This document shows positions 61,201 through 64,000 of a stretch of DNA of 64,000 bases, piece by piece; position 1 is the stretch's first letter, and the number at the start of each line of letters is the position of its first letter. A program made the position numbers and the translations under genes. A model generated the notes under the pieces. It ran no database searches. It worked only from the letters and a program-made list of their open reading frames with translations, and had not been told where the DNA came from. The DNA lies in assembly GCA_004022145.1 (NCBI GenBank), contig RCNU01000002.1; one strand, given 5' to 3'. The DNA comes from Paecilomyces variotii. Its lineage: Eukaryota.

Positions 61201-64000
61201 GAAGATCTCGTTCCAGGTTCAACCTTCTCCTGATGAACCCGAGGCAGAGGTTTATAACATTGCATTCCCCAATTTGATCCATGAGATATCAATGCGCAAC
61301 CAAGTGCTCCACCTCGACCCTCCTTTGCAATTTGCAAGGGCAAGCTGGTTTGCGCACTTCCATCAGTGGCTAGGCGTCATTTGCAACCTCGAGAAGATCA
61401 AGTCCTCCCGTTACCAGATCTCAATTGACGTGGAGAAGCCTCAACCTTCAGAAACTCACTTCGTGGAACTCCCACAATACTGCACTGATGAATTGACGGA
61501 AGTTTACAATGCCGTGGAGTCTAGGCTACAAGAAATATCTGAGTACGTGGATAAATGGCTGCAATTCCAGTCCCTTTGGGATCTCCAATCTGCGCAGGTA
61601 TATGATATTCTGGGAGATGATCTCTCTCAGTGGCTGCAGCTCCTTCAGGAAATCCGAAAGAGCCGTGCGACTTTCGATACCTCCGAAGTTGCTCGATCTT
61701 TTGGAAACATCAAGATCGATTATGAGCAAGTCCAGACCCGCGTCAACGCGAAGTACGATCAGTGGCAGCATGAAATCCTCCTCAAGTTCGGTTCCAAGCT
61801 TGGTGGTCGGATGAGGGAAGTCCATTCCGAAATTGCTGCTGCACGAAGAGATCTGGAGGGCCAGACTCTCGAGGCATCCTCCACCGCGCATGCGGTTTCC
61901 TTCATCACCATTGTCCAGCAATGTAGACGTAAGGCGAAGGTCTGGGAACCTGAGGTTGATCTTTTCAAGCAAGGTCAGACCACTCTTGCCCGCCAACGTT
62001 ATCAATTCCCAAGCGACTGGCTTCACGTTGAGAATGTCGATGGCGAGTGGGCGGCTCTGAATGAGCTTCTTGCACGCAAGAGTAAGATTGTCCAGGATCA
62101 AACAGAGGGTCTGCGCGCCAAGATCATCGCCGAAGACAAGGTGATTGGCGATAAGATCACCGAAGCTATCGCGCAGTGGAACGATGAGAAACCAGTCTCA
62201 GGAACAATACCTCCCGAGGAAGCGTCTCGGACCCTTAGCTCGTTCCAATCACGCTTGGAGGGGCTTCAGTCTGAATTCGAGATGGTGTCGAAGGCCAAGG
62301 AGGCCCTTGATATTCCGGCTAGTGCAGAATCCGCACTGCCGGCTATATTGGAAGAAGTCCAGGATTTCATGTCTGTCTGGGCAGCCCTATCAACGATATG
62401 GAAGAGTCTGAACGAACTTCGAGACATGCTCTGGACCAGTGTCCAGCCAAGGAAACTTCGTCAATCCCTCGATGGCTTGATCAAGATGACGAAAGAAATG
62501 CCCAGCAGGATGCGTCAGTATGCCGCGTTCGAGCATATCCAAAACGTTTTGCGACAACTCTTAAAGGTCAACCCCTTGCTCTCTGACATGAAATCGGAAG
62601 CGGTAAAAGAGAGACACTGGCAGAAGATCTTCAAAGCTCTGAGACCAGGTAAGAGATTCTCTCCGGTGTCGCTGACGCTTGGAGATGTCTGGGATCTGCA
62701 GCTTGTGTCGAGTGAGACAGTCATCCGTGATATCATCGCCCAGGCTCAGGGTGAGATGGCCCTGGAAGAGTTCTTGAAGCAAGTTCGTGAAACCTGGCAG
62801 AACTATTCCCTGGACCTTGTCAACTACCAGAATAAGTGCCGTCTTATCCGCGGCTTCGATGATCTATTCGCGAAGTGCAGTGAAAACCTGAACTCTCTTC
62901 AGGCAATGAGACACTCGCCTTACTACAAAGAGTTCGAGGAAGAGGCTACTGCTTGGGAAGACAAGTTGAACAGAGTTCACGTTCTCTTCGATGTCTGGAT
63001 CGACGTCCAGCGACAATGGGTGTATCTCGAAGGTGTCTTCACGGGTAACGCTGATATCAAGCATCTCCTTCCTCTGGAATCCGGTCGTTTCCAGAACATT
63101 AACTCTGAATTCTTTGCTGTCATGAAGAAGGTCTACAAGTCTCCATTCGTCTTAGATGTCCTCGCTATCAATGGTGTTCAGAAGTCTTTGGAGAGACTGG
63201 CAGAGCTGCTGAACAAGATTCAAAAGGCTCTTGGTGAATATCTAGAGCGAGAACGTGTCTCTTTCCCTCGCTTCTATTTCGTCGGAGACGAGGACCTGCT
63301 TGAGATTATTGGTAATAGCAATGATACACTTCGCGTGGCCAAGCATTTCAAGAAGATGTTTGCTGGGTTGTCAGGTCTCCTGATGGACGATGATAACAAC
63401 ATCGTTGGCTTCACCTCGAAGGAAGGCGAAGAAGTTAGACTGAAGAAGGAAGTCAACCTTGTCAAGACGCCTAGGATCAACGATTGGCTTACTGCTCTTG
63501 ACAACAATATGAAGTTGACCTTGGCCGAGCTGCTTTCAGAAGCAGTTGAACAATTCGAGTCGATTTACAATGCGGCGGAGATCGATCGAACTGCGTTCAG
63601 TGACTACCTTGCGAACTATCCTGCGCAGATCGTGGTTCTTGCTAGTCAAGCCGTCTGGACAGACTCGGTACAAAAGGCCTTGGAGAACGAAGGCACCGGT
63701 CTTCAGGCATTGTATGACGCAGAGGTCAGGGTTCTAGAATTACTTGCGGCCATCGTTCTTGGAGAGCTCGATCAGATCACCAGGAAGAAGTGCGAACACA
63801 TGATAACGGAGTTCGTTCACCAACGAGATGCCATCTCGAAGCTGATAAAGTTCAACGCTACTAGCCCTACTCACTACTTGTGGTTGCTTCAGATGCGCTA
63901 TGTGTACAAGAATGAGGGTGACTTCTTGCAACGGTTGCATGTACATATGGCAAACGCCAAGCTGGACTACGGATTCGAGTATCTAGGTGTCCCTGAACGC
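58208..64000 (+). CDS. nudA: Cytoplasmic dynein heavy chain (tail and linker; 3' end outside window)
   Basis: Exon 1 58208-58490, intron to 58550, then a frame running off the window (absent from the ORF track because no stop is included): [62 protein letters not shown], ending [11 protein letters not shown] just before AAA1. Confidence 0.97.

Noticed and set aside
58598-63946. Many short ORFs on both strands in the last 5.5 kb
   Set aside because: Shadow frames of the single dynein heavy chain ORF, which is missing from the track only because it runs off the window.

Overview
Gene-dense, intron-containing DNA from a filamentous ascomycete (Eurotiomycete-like, judged from protein sequences and GT-AG introns with CTAAC/CTGAC branch sites; species not determinable here). 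The window holds 21 protein-coding genes, mostly housekeeping: GDE1 (5' truncated), PRMT5/rmtC, PRP43, a PPR-like mitochondrial protein, SSP120, TYW2/TRM12, ATG18, PPM2/TYW4 with a C-terminal JmjC domain, PPS1, MLH1, a GT2-like membrane protein, RPN1, RIO2, MRP20, peroxisomal Lon, HEM3, TAP42, Dicer-like 1 and dynein heavy chain (3' truncated). Two catabolic genes stand apart: a dienelactone hydrolase, and an intronless 607-aa fusion of a bacterial-type N-carbamoyl-D-amino-acid amidohydrolase with a hydantoin/allantoin racemase, preceded by a GATAAG cluster. This fusion is the best candidate for an uncharacterised system. Other notable points: two wybutosine-pathway genes about 6.5 kb apart, a 4-nt micro-exon in GDE1, a decayed/RIP-like segment at about 10.0-11.5 kb and a candidate small spliced ORF divergent from PPS1. 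No rRNA, tRNA, CRISPR array or intact transposon was seen. All calls rest on manual motif recognition and hand-placed splice sites; no searches were run.
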